DNA of 64,000 bases from an uncultured Chloroflexia bacterium (lineage in GTDB: Bacteria > Chloroflexota > Anaerolineae > CG2-30-64-16). The number at the start of each line of letters is the position of its first letter. Position 1 is the first letter of the stretch. Shown here piece after piece: positions 40,248 through 49,529 of this stretch. The notes beneath the pieces were generated by a model. It had not been told where the DNA came from. It did not search any database and saw only the letters and a list, made by a program, of their open reading frames with translations. Made by a program: the position numbers and the translations under genes. The stretch lies in the NCBI GenBank assembly GCA_963774265.1, contig CAVZDU010000002.1, positions 672,001 to 736,000 on the forward strand. The letters are read 5' to 3'.

Positions 40248-41420
40248 TTGAACGGGAGACAACGGATGCTCACCGCGCTGTCGCACCAGGAGGCTGATCG
40301 TGTGCCAGTGGGCGAGTTCGGTATCGATGGTTCGATTGTCGAGCAAGTGCTCGGTCATCCCACTTATTACCGAGCGAAGGCACGTGAACGTGCAGCCATT
40401 TGGTCTGGCCTGCGTGAGGAGGTGGTGCGCAGCCAACAAGAGGATCTTGTGGCTCTCATACGCGTGCTGGACTTGGACTTTGTCCCTGTCTTCCTCACCT
40501 ACAGCGCCGCGGCAGACTACCGCCCGCGTCGAAGACTTGACGCTGCCACTTGGGAAGATGACGAAGGAAATATCTGGAAAACGACCGAGGAGTCGGGTGA
40601 TGCCATCTGCGTGCAGCCGTCTCCGATCACAGATGAGAAGCTCGAGCGCATGATGAACGAGCCGCTGGAGATCGATGAATCGCAGCTCGATCTTGCGCGC
40701 CACGTGGTGCAAGAGCTAGGCGGCACCCATTTCATCGTCGGGCGCGGCTGGCATTCGCCGGCAAGTTCCACGGACGGATCGTTTCCCGAGCCCGGTGAAG
40801 GCCTTACGATCCGCATGGATGATTTCTCATACCTTTTGATTGACGATCCAGGGCGCGCTGACCTGCTGTTGCGCGCCTACACCAAGCGGGCCATCGAGTA
40901 TAGCCGCGTGCTAATCGCTGCCGGTGTAGATGCGATCCTAATCAACGCCGACTACTGTCACAACAGCGGCCCGTGGATCTCTCCAGGCATGTTTGAGCGC
41001 TTCGTCCTACCTCGACTGCAGGAACAGGTGGCGGCGTGCCACGCGATGGGGGTGTTCGCCATCAAACACACGGACGGTTTGACGTGGAAGCTGCTTGACA
41101 TGATGGTGGACGCCGGAGTGGACGCTCTGCATGGCATCCAGCCGAGTATCGGAATGGACATTCGCAGATTGAAGGAGCGCTACGGCAGACAGATCACCCT
41201 CTTTGGCGCGGTGGAATGTGACACCCTCGTTGCCGGAACGGTGCAGGATATCGAGCGTGAGGTCATGCATTGCTTGCGACATGGCGCACCAGGAGGCGGA
41301 TATGTTCTATCCTCCAGCAATTCGATCCAGGCCGGCAGCCGCTACGAGAACTACCTGGCCATGCTGCGCACCGGGCAGGCGCTGGGCCGCTATCCGCTCA
41401 GTTGGGTGAACGGTAGATAG
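40248..41420 (+). CDS. Uroporphyrinogen decarboxylase/MtaA-like family protein
   Basis: RQRMLTALSHQEADRVP, ADY, KHTDG, GGGYVLSSSNSI, ENYLAM. Confidence 0.88.
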   Translation: MNGRQRMLTALSHQEADRVPVGEFGIDGSIVEQVLGHPTYYRAKARERAAIWSGLREEVVRSQQEDLVALIRVLDLDFVPVFLTYSAAADYRPRRRLDAATWEDDEGNIWKTTEESGDAICVQPSPITDEKLERMMNEPLEIDESQLDLARHVVQELGGTHFIVGRGWHSPASSTDGSFPEPGEGLTIRMDDFSYLLIDDPGRADLLLRAYTKRAIEYSRVLIAAGVDAILINADYCHNSGPWISPGMFERFVLPRLQEQVAACHAMGVFAIKHTDGLTWKLLDMMVDAGVDALHGIQPSIGMDIRRLKERYGRQITLFGAVECDTLVAGTVQDIEREVMHCLRHGAPGGGYVLSSSNSIQAGSRYENYLAMLRTGQALGRYPLSWVNGR

Positions 41421-41588
41421 TTGATCCGCAGTGGCTCTCCGAGAAGCGCGAACCGGCTCAAGTGGCAGATCACCACCCTGCAGGTCAGCCATCCCGCGGG
41501 CCAGGAGCATGCAACTGATCTCGGGGAAGTTCGGAGCCAGCCTGGAGGAAGATTGGCGGCACATCAAGGCGCGCTGGCTGTAGGTAAC

Positions 41589-41685
41589 AAAAAACGGAAC
41601 CCCCAGGCGGGTGCGCTCCGCAAAAGCGGGGAGAGCAGATCAACTGCCTTCCTGCCGTGCCTGGACTTACGTTCCGTTTCCAATA
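41589..41685 (-). ncRNA. Candidate ~95-nt structured small RNA or orphan leader
   Basis: TTGACA-16-TATACT with TG extension (41716-41689); long stem AAACGGAAC/GTTCCGTTT, inner CCAGGC/GCCTGG, ends in T6; no credible ORF downstream. Confidence 0.5.
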
Positions 41686-41772
41686 GTGAGTATAGCACAA
41701 ACCCTCACTCTGTCAAGGATTTATCGAAAGCTAGAGGTACTGAAGCTGAACGGCTTGACCATTTCTGCTTTC

Positions 41773-42417
41773 TCAGCGGCGCGCGGCGGGCCCAGCCGTC
41801 GCTTGTGTTTGCGCTGCCTTCGGACCGGGTGGTCGCGACCGCAGGAGCGCCCAATACAGGACCATCTGTGCAGTCGAGCCGGCCAGAGTCGCAGCCACAG
41901 CCCAACCCCACGCCCACACTCCCCCCGTCAGCCCGACAAAGATAACTGCTGCGCCCGCGGATGCCCCGCCCAACACCGCCACTTGCAGTGCTAGCAGATA
42001 TCCCACGCTCCAAGGCTTATACCTGGCCGGCACGGTTGTCGATCTCCAGCGGAAGGCCGTATCTAGCTTCAGCCCAGGCAAGTTGGCCTGGTAATAAGCC
42101 TTGATGTCGTTCATGGCTCTGACGCTCTCAAACCACGCCTCGCGCAGGCGAACCAATTGAAGCAGGGTCAAGATGCTTGCCAGGAATAGCACCACAAACA
42201 AGGCGGCGAAAGCCCAATACACGTGTGGCACCATCAGGTTCTGCACCTGGGCGCCAAGCAGCGCGGCGATGAACCCAACGAGGGTGACCAGGTAGAAGTT
42301 CGTCACGCGCGCCCGGTCCTCGTTGGCCTGGAAGGCAGTCTGGGAGATGTACCCAAACTCGGCGGTCAGGATGTCGTTGGGGTCGAGCGAGCTCGTTTCG
42401 CCTTGTTCTTTGGGCAT
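41773..42417 (-). CDS. Four-TM membrane protein of unknown function
   Basis: AAAGGA RBS; EFGYISQTAFQANEDRARVTNFY followed by hydrophobic helices. Confidence 0.75.
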   Translation of the reverse strand: MPKEQGETSSLDPNDILTAEFGYISQTAFQANEDRARVTNFYLVTLVGFIAALLGAQVQNLMVPHVYWAFAALFVVLFLASILTLLQLVRLREAWFESVRAMNDIKAYYQANLPGLKLDTAFRWRSTTVPARYKPWSVGYLLALQVAVLGGASAGAAVIFVGLTGGVWAWGWAVAATLAGSTAQMVLYWALLRSRPPGPKAAQTQATAGPAARR

Positions 42418-42947
42418 ACGCCGTCCTTTCGAGTGCGTCCGTAGTTATGTAAATCCCTTTCCCGGGTGTCCCAATCCGGCATATAGGCGGCCATGAAGCT
42501 CGCGAAGACCTTGCCGTGGTTGGGCGCGAGAAGGTGCACGAGTTCGTGGACGATGACAAACTCGCCCAGGCGCACCGGCATGGTGACCAATTCGCTGTTC
42601 AGGGTCAGCCGGCCCGCGGTGGACATGGAGGCCCACTTGGTCGTCATGGGACGAACAGACACCTGGCGCAGATGCACGCCGATTTTGGTGGCCCAATGCC
42701 GGGCCGCCCAGCGCAGGTCCTCGGCATCATACCATGTAGGGGCGGTCCCTCGCGGCCGCCCATCCTGGGCAGCAGGGGCGGTCCCTTGCGGCCGCCCATC
42801 CTGGGCAGTAGGGGCGGTCCCTTGCGGCCGCCCATCCTGGGCAGTAGGGGCGGTCCCTTGCGGCCGCCCATCCTGGGCAGTAGGGGCGGTCCCTTGCGGC
42901 CGCCCATCCTGGGCAGGTGCAAGACCTGCCCCTACAACATTGCTCAT
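42366..42947 (-). CDS. YgjP-like (DUF45/M48) metallopeptidase with in-frame REP-derived N-terminus
   Basis: [15 protein letters not shown] (HExxH), NHGKVF; ATG overlaps the hsdR stop. Confidence 0.85.
   Translation of the reverse strand: MSNVVGAGLAPAQDGRPQGTAPTAQDGRPQGTAPTAQDGRPQGTAPTAQDGRPQGTAPAAQDGRPRGTAPTWYDAEDLRWAARHWATKIGVHLRQVSVRPMTTKWASMSTAGRLTLNSELVTMPVRLGEFVIVHELVHLLAPNHGKVFASFMAAYMPDWDTRERDLHNYGRTRKDGVCPKNKAKRARSTPTTS
42736..42935. repeat. GTAG-type REP array: five 36-bp tandem units plus one inverted REP
   Basis: GTAGGGGCGGTCCCTTGCGGCCGCCCATCCTGGGCA x5, then GGTGCAAGACCTGCCCCTAC. Confidence 0.92.
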
Positions 42948-45851
42948 GCCCGCTCCAGCCTCAGCAGCGCGTTGGCCGCGGCGACCATCTTCGCTCCGCC
43001 CACGATAGGGATGAGCGCCTTGTATAGCTCGGCGCGGAGCGCGCCTTCCTGCTGGGTGTTCCAGCGGTAGTCCGGGAAGCGGCTGAAGAGGGCGTTGATG
43101 CCTTGGGCCTGGCCGGGTGCAACATCAGGCGCGACGGTCGCCAGCTCAGTGTAGATGGCGAAGGCGTTCTCGTCCAGGTCCAGGGTCCGGCGCTTGTCCT
43201 CCGCGGCGACGGTTTCCTGCACCAGCGCCTCGAAGCGTTTGAGCGCCTCCCGCGTGTCAATCTGGCGGTCCTCGTAGGCCTGGGCGACCGCCTGGGCGCG
43301 TTCACCGATGGAGAGAAGGTAGGGCTTGGCCCCGCCTTCGTCTTCGACCAGGCCGGCGAGCAGCTTGCGCAGATTGAGCACCTTCACCGTATCGGCCGCG
43401 CTGCTCTCCCGCAGGGCCGCGAGCTGCTGCTGGCCGATTTCGTAGACCACGGTGGGCGGCTCCAGCATCGCCGCTCTCCGTGTGCTGCTGGAGCAGTTCT
43501 TTCGTCTTGCCGGGTGAACTCCCGGTCCACGTAGACCCGGTCGCTGTACGCCTGGCGAACCCACGCATAGAGGACGGCCAGGCTGTTGTAGTCTTCGATG
43601 AACGGACGCAGGAAGGCGTCCGGGCTGAGGATGTCGTAGAGGCTCTGCAGTCTGCCGGAAGAACGTGAAGAACGCCTCGCGCTGCTCCTTGTCCTGCATG
43701 GCGACGACCGCACGCTCCTTGGCCTTGTCGTCCATGCCCCGCGTCAGCGGCAGGTAAGCCGCGGCCTGCTCGCGCATCATGGTCCTGAACAACTCGCGCA
43801 GCACGTCGAGGTTGCGGATGACCGAGGCCACCACGTCGGAGTCGAAGGCCAGCGCCTTCTCCAGCTTCTCGAAGATGCCCACGAAGTCGAGCACGAAGCC
43901 GTAGGGCTTGGCCTGGCCGTCATCGTCCTCGTAGGGCCGGTTGACGCGGGCGATGGCCTGAAGCAGCACGTGGTCGCGCATCGGCTTGTCCAGGTACATG
44001 CAGTAGAGGATGGGCGCGTCGAAGCCGGTGAGCAGCTTCTCGGTGACGATGAGGATCTTCGGCAGCGCCTCCTTGCGGGGAAGTCCTTGCGGACCTGCTT
44101 CTCCTGGTCCTCGGTGAGGTAGTAGCGCTTTGAGTGCCTCGATGTCGTTGGTGCCGGGCGAGTAGACGACGGTCGAGTAGCCAGGGGCAGGTAGCGGTCG
44201 AGCGCCTCCTTGTACAGGCGCACGCCTCGCGGTCCACGGCCACCAGGAACGCCTTGAAGCCCATCGGCTCGACGTTCGTGCGGAAGTGCTCGGCCACGAA
44301 GCGCGGCAATCCGGTCCACCCGCGCCGGGGCCTTCATCATCTCCTTGAGCTGCACCGCCCGCGTCGAGGACCGCGTTCAGCTCGTCCAGGTCGCTGACCC
44401 CCTCGGCCTCGCGCAGGTCGAGGAACTCCCGGTCCAGCGTCTCGCGGTCCACGCGCAGGTCGGTCGGCGCCAGCGCGTAGTGGAGCGGCACGGTCGTGCC
44501 GTCCGCGATGGACTCGGCGATGGAGTACTTGTCCAGGTAGCCCTGCGGGTCGTCGACGCCGAAGACCTTGAAGGTGCCCTTGCCGCTGGCGAGCCGGTCG
44601 ATGGGCGTGCCGGTGAAGCCGATGTAGGTGGCGTTGGGCAGCGCCGCCATGAGGTAGTTGCCCAGGTCGCCGCCGGTGGTGCGGTGCGCCTCGTCCACCA
44701 GCACGACGACGTTCGCCCGCGGACAGAGGTCCGCGTCGGCATGCCGTCGAACTTGTGGATCATCGAGACGATCAGGCCGCGGTAGTCGGCGCGCAGGATG
44801 CGGCGCAGGTCCTCCTTGCTCTGGGCCACCTCGACCGTGGCGAGGCCGTAGGCGGCGATGTTGCGGAAGAGCTGCGCCTCCAGTTCGTTGCGGTCCACCA
44901 GCATGAGCACGGTGGGCTTCTCACCGCCGCGCACGTCGCGCAGCAGCCTGGCCGCGACGGTGATCATGGTCAGCGTCTTGCCGCTGCCCTGGGTGTGCCA
45001 GATCAGGCCCCGGCGCTTGGTCGGCATCGTAGACCCGCTCGATGACCTTCTCGACGGCGCGCGTCTGGTGCTGGCGCAGGATGACCTTCGTGAGCTCGTC
45101 GTCTTTGGTCAGGAAGATGATGTAGTCGCGCAGGACCTTGAGGAAACGGCGCTGGTCGAAGAAGGATTTGACCGCGGCCTCGTGGCTCCAATCACCCTGA
45201 GCGGAGCGCAGTGCAGCCGAAGGGTCTTCTTTCCAGTTGAACAGGTTCTTGCGGCTGGTGCTCCACGTCGCGCCGTAGTAGAAGTCGAGCAGCTCGGTCA
45301 CCTCGAACACCTGCGGCGCGATGAGCATCTCCGGGGTCTCGCGGTGGTAGCGGCGGACCTGGTCGATGCCGATGGCGAGGCCGTCGCGGCTTGCCCGCGT
45401 TCTTGGTCTCGCAGAGCGCGACCGGGATGCCGTTGATGAGAAAGACCACGTCGGCCCGGTTCGCGCAGCGCGGGTTGCGCTGCGTCCACTCGTCGGTGAC
45501 GTGGAAGACGTTGTTGGCCGGGTTCTCGAAGTCGACCAGGCGGACGTTGCGCTCCCGGCGCTCCGCGGGCACGAAGACCGACTGCTCGCCGCGCAGCCAG
45601 GCCAGCAGCGTCACGGTTGCCGGTGATGTCCGCGCGCAAGCAGGCTAAGCTGCCGGATGATGGCAGCGGCGCGAGCCTCGTCCACGATGCCGGGGTTGAG
45701 ATACAGCAGCCGCTCGAGCAGGATTTCGGTGAAGAACAGGCCGCTCTCGCCCCCGCGCACGCGCGAGCGCCTCCGCTTCGGAGACGCGCTGCCAGCCAAT
45801 CTCGGCGGCGTAGCGGAGCATAGGGTTTTGGACCGCCGAACGTTCACTCAC
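42944..45851 (-). CDS. hsdR: Type I restriction endonuclease subunit R (multiple frameshifts)
   Basis: [19 protein letters not shown] nuclease motif, [30 protein letters not shown] across several frames. Confidence 0.9.
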
Positions 45852-45912
45852 GGCACCCTCACTTCTTTGGCGTCTCTCAAGCCCGGCTTGAGTTCATCTA
45901 CGCCAAACCTAA

Positions 45913-46877
45913 ACGCTTGATGCATATGTAGCCGTTGCCGCACGAAAACGCACTGCTGCGATGAGAGGCTGGCTACACTTAACCTTTTGACAATTCTTAG
46001 TAAATCAGGGTATCCTGTTGCTACGACGTCCCTTCCGCTAAACTCCAAGGAGGAACCGATGAAACCTGCCGTTGTCCTACCGCTCGCGCTAACGTTGTTC
46101 TTGTTGTTCGCCATGCCGGTGTTTGCCACGCCCCCCGTCGTCTATGAGGGCCCCTATGACGAGACCTACCCGTCATTCTTGCAGCCCTGTCCTGGCTTCG
46201 AGATATGGGACCATGAAGTGCTCACCTGGCGCGAGACGGACTACTTTGACAAACAGGGAAATCTCGAGAGAGTCCATGTTCACTACAGCGGGACCGACAC
46301 CTTCTTTCTCCCGGACAATCCCGACGTTACGCTGACGGGCAAGTTCGTCGCGAACTATGAGTTCGATCTGCAGACCCTGATTAACATCGACTACCGTGGA
46401 CTACCGGTGCACATCACCATTCCCGGGTACGGGAACGTGCTAATGCTGGCAGGGAGATGGTCCAGCTTTCCCTACGGCCACCATGCCGGCCTGGACACCC
46501 TCGACAACCCAGATGATGTACACGCTTTCTGCTCGTATCTCGGCGCCGTGGACTGACACAGGTTTCCGGATTATTGGCTTGATCGCGCGTCTACCTCACT
46601 TCCCTCGGCGCAGGCCGTCCGCGTGAGGCAGACGCGCGCCTCTCGTTCTCTTTCACCTTCGGCCAACAGCGAGTGCGACACGGGTTGACTGTTGCCAGCA
46701 AGTTCGGAGAGCCGGTTCCCGGTGCCCACGGCGCCGGCGGGCTTGCTTGCACGCGTCGCAGCATCGAGCGCTGCCGACAATGTTGGCATTCTGCCTAACG
46801 GCAGTTCAACCGCCCAATCCTTGGCTTGGCCACGCTCGTCGTATAAGCCAACGGACATCTCCATATGCATCAAGCGT
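45913..46877. mobile_element. 965-bp segment bounded by perfect 16-bp inverted repeats (candidate invertible or non-autonomous element)
   Basis: ACGCTTGATGCATATG (45913-45928) and CATATGCATCAAGCGT (46862-46877). Confidence 0.6.
46059..46556 (+). CDS. Secreted hypothetical protein, antisense to the hsd operon
   Basis: AAGGAGG RBS, signal peptide ending VFA, TTGACA-18-TATCCT promoter at 45987-46016. Confidence 0.8.
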   Translation: MKPAVVLPLALTLFLLFAMPVFATPPVVYEGPYDETYPSFLQPCPGFEIWDHEVLTWRETDYFDKQGNLERVHVHYSGTDTFFLPDNPDVTLTGKFVANYEFDLQTLINIDYRGLPVHITIPGYGNVLMLAGRWSSFPYGHHAGLDTLDNPDDVHAFCSYLGAVD

Positions 46878-48317
46878 CTAACTTACCCACTTCCTGTATT
46901 GACTCAAACACCAGACGGTTTGAGGAGTAAAACTCCACAATCGTCTCCCTGTTAGCCACTCAAGGTCGTTCTTTATGCTCTCTTCGCCTGCGGAAACGCC
47001 TGCATAGAATGCCGCCTCCAGGAGATACACTATGTTCTCGACCAGAGGATTCACGCCCTGAGGTTCTACTCCAATCGTCATGGCAAAGTCATCGGTTGAT
47101 GAACGAGACGCTCTGGCCTCCAGCAGCCATCTTCGTGCCCGTGCAATCGAGTCGTCGGTATGCTTTAGTCCCAAGACAGAAAGCGCCATGAGCGCATCAC
47201 GGGTTTTTCCAATCGTGCTAAAAACTGAAGAAGCATCTGCACCCCAGCCACCATCATGTCGTTGGTTGTCAATGAGCCATTGCCTGGCGCGTTGTGCCCA
47301 GCCATCAGAAGCGGACAAGCCAACGCTTACAAGGGCTCTGACTGCCCAGGCGGTTGCCGCCGTCGCGGGTTCTGCTCCGCCCACGACGTATGCCCATCCT
47401 CCATGAGATTGCTGTGCGTCGAGTAGATAAGTGGTTGACCGTTGCACTTCCCAAGGCTGTTCTTCGTAACCGCTTTGAGATAGTGCACATAGAGCAATCG
47501 CGGTATCCACTGCGTTCGAGGCGTCAGGGTTATGTTCCCAGGGCGACTTCCAGCCACCCAATCTATTTCTGGTTGCCATCAGCCAATGCTGTCCACGGTG
47601 CAACTGAGCGGTCATCTCTTCCGCCTCACTCGCAACCAGGGCAAGAATCGAATAGGCAGTGTCGTAGCAGGTGCTGCTCCCGACTTCAAAGTAGGACCAT
47701 CCACCCGTCGTCCGATTCTCCATATCGCGGATGAATTGCACTCCCTTGTCGATGGCTTCCTCGATGCGATTCCTCAGGCCTACACGAGTCACCGTACTGC
47801 GCTGCTCCAGCCTCATAACTGCCTCAGGGATATCGGTCGCTAGCTGGGTTGCCAGGTGATCGGCGCTATGAAAATGACCCACTACATGGCCCTTCGTGAG
47901 ATCGCGCAGTTCTTTTTTTAGATCACTCAGCTTAAGTGCCCTGACATCCACATCTACGTCTTTTGGGTTGATCTGAGCCCGATCTTCATCAATCAGGTAA
48001 ATCAGACATGGAATAGCGCTCTTTCTCGCCTCACGGTACTCAAGCTCGGTGATCGACTTTCCTGTGTTATCATCCATATGGCCGTAACGCATACCAAAGA
48101 TACCGACATAAACATCCGATTGTCGTACCTTTTCTAGACAGTGGTCCTTCGGCGAACTATCATCTGCACCAAAGGCCTCCATACCAACCCAATCTATGTT
48201 GAACCCCTCCTTGAGCCTATTCAAGGCTGCAATACAGTGCTCGCGATGCGATCTTAGGTCCTGATAGGTCGAGCTTACGAAAATCTTGATCTTCAGTGTG
48301 TTACGAGGACTTACCAT
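46878..48317 (-). CDS. DUF4062 domain fused to prenyltransferase/squalene-cyclase-like repeats
   Basis: KIFVSSTYQDL...SDVYVGIFGMRYG...SITELEY (DUF4062); repeated (Q/N)xxxGGW motifs (ENRTTGGW, NRLGGW, QQSHGGW, QRHDGGW). Confidence 0.85.
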   Translation of the reverse strand: MVSPRNTLKIKIFVSSTYQDLRSHREHCIAALNRLKEGFNIDWVGMEAFGADDSSPKDHCLEKVRQSDVYVGIFGMRYGHMDDNTGKSITELEYREARKSAIPCLIYLIDEDRAQINPKDVDVDVRALKLSDLKKELRDLTKGHVVGHFHSADHLATQLATDIPEAVMRLEQRSTVTRVGLRNRIEEAIDKGVQFIRDMENRTTGGWSYFEVGSSTCYDTAYSILALVASEAEEMTAQLHRGQHWLMATRNRLGGWKSPWEHNPDASNAVDTAIALCALSQSGYEEQPWEVQRSTTYLLDAQQSHGGWAYVVGGAEPATAATAWAVRALVSVGLSASDGWAQRARQWLIDNQRHDGGWGADASSVFSTIGKTRDALMALSVLGLKHTDDSIARARRWLLEARASRSSTDDFAMTIGVEPQGVNPLVENIVYLLEAAFYAGVSAGEESIKNDLEWLTGRRLWSFTPQTVWCLSQYRKWVS

Positions 48318-48374
48318 AATCCCTCCTCGCTGCGACTATCCGCAAAAAGTTGTGGTCCGCGTTCGCTCATGTGA

Positions 48375-49529
48375 CTACCTCTCCGCCAACTGTTTCGCCT
48401 TCGCCTCAGCGGGTGCAATTACCTTCGCAGGAAGCGCTTCAAGCAGGTCGTCGAGTTGATTGTATCTATGCAGTTCGAGCACCCAGGGATATCTTTTGAT
48501 GTGGTCGAACATGCCCCAGGGTTCGCATCCGGTCTGCAATAGCGGCTGGACTGGCAGGGATGGCAGTTGCTCCACGACGGACACCAACTCCTGAGGGATG
48601 CTCTTGGGGTCGGTGATATCGGCAATGACAAACCGGGCTAGCCGTGCCAGGGTCGTGATGGTTTCTTGAGTGTCTCTGGATGCGGGTTTATCGAAGTCGA
48701 ACAGGACCGGCAAGTAGTTGGATTTGCGGAGGGCATCGCGCATAGCGTCCAGCACGGCCTTTCGTTCTGGCGTGAAGCGCCCCAGGATGAGAACGACCTT
48801 CGACGTGATGGTGTCGATGACGTTGCGAATCTTCTCGTTGTTCAGGAGCAGATAGATGAACTGGGCGACCTCAAGATTGTCTACCGTGATGGTCGGTTCG
48901 TCGTCAGGTGTAATGATGAGGTTGGCCTGTCTCGCCCTCTTTAGGTTCACCCCCCAGACTGAAGCACCGTACAAGCGACATGCTCTGAGGTCGGCACCCT
49001 CAAGATTCGTCTCTACCAAGTGAACCCCCTCAAGGTCCGCCCCGTAGAGCCTTGCCCCACTCAAATCTGCTGCAGTCAGATCTGCCCAACTTAGCATGGC
49101 TCCGCCAAGGTCTGCACCTCTGAGCTTTGCTCCATAGAGTGTCGCCTCACTGAGATCGGCACACCGGAGATCAGCGCCGCGGAGTCTCGCCCTGGATAGG
49201 TCAACTCTGTATAGGGTCGCGTGGGATAGGTCGGCTCTAGTTAGGTCGGCCTCGAAAAGATCCGCTTCTGACAGATTCGCCTTGCATAACGTTGCAAGAC
49301 GCAGCTTGGACCGCCCTAGAAACGTCCTGATGCAGATTGCTCGAGATAGATTAGCGTGGGAGAGGTGCGCGAACATAAGGTCCGTCCGGGTGAAGTCTAC
49401 TTCGCTCAGGTCTACTCCCTGCAGGTCCGCTCTGGTAAGATCAGCCAAAGGATGGGAAGATTCTCTTCGCCATTTATTCCAAACCTCAACCCCCTGTCGC
49501 AGAATGGCTAGATGTTCCTCATTCGCCAT
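48375..49529 (-). CDS. Pentapeptide-repeat protein with C-terminal TIR/NDT-like alpha/beta domain
   Basis: MANEEHLAILRQGVEVWNKWR, ~30 A(D/N)Lxx repeats, then VVLILGRF...FVIADIT...SIPQEL. Confidence 0.85.
   Translation of the reverse strand: MANEEHLAILRQGVEVWNKWRRESSHPLADLTRADLQGVDLSEVDFTRTDLMFAHLSHANLSRAICIRTFLGRSKLRLATLCKANLSEADLFEADLTRADLSHATLYRVDLSRARLRGADLRCADLSEATLYGAKLRGADLGGAMLSWADLTAADLSGARLYGADLEGVHLVETNLEGADLRACRLYGASVWGVNLKRARQANLIITPDDEPTITVDNLEVAQFIYLLLNNEKIRNVIDTITSKVVLILGRFTPERKAVLDAMRDALRKSNYLPVLFDFDKPASRDTQETITTLARLARFVIADITDPKSIPQELVSVVEQLPSLPVQPLLQTGCEPWGMFDHIKRYPWVLELHRYNQLDDLLEALPAKVIAPAEAKAKQLAER

Noticed and set aside
41589-41685. SRP (4.5S) RNA
   Set aside because: Similar size and rod shape, but the CAGG..GNRA..AGCA domain IV arrangement is not present
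42736-42935. 36-bp repeats as a CRISPR array
   Set aside because: Units are contiguous with no unique spacers and no cas genes; they fit GTAG REP elements
46790-46885. attC site after the DUF4062 gene (GTTAGGC/GTTAGAC on minus strand)
   Set aside because: No correctly placed complementary RYYYAAC box or paired arms
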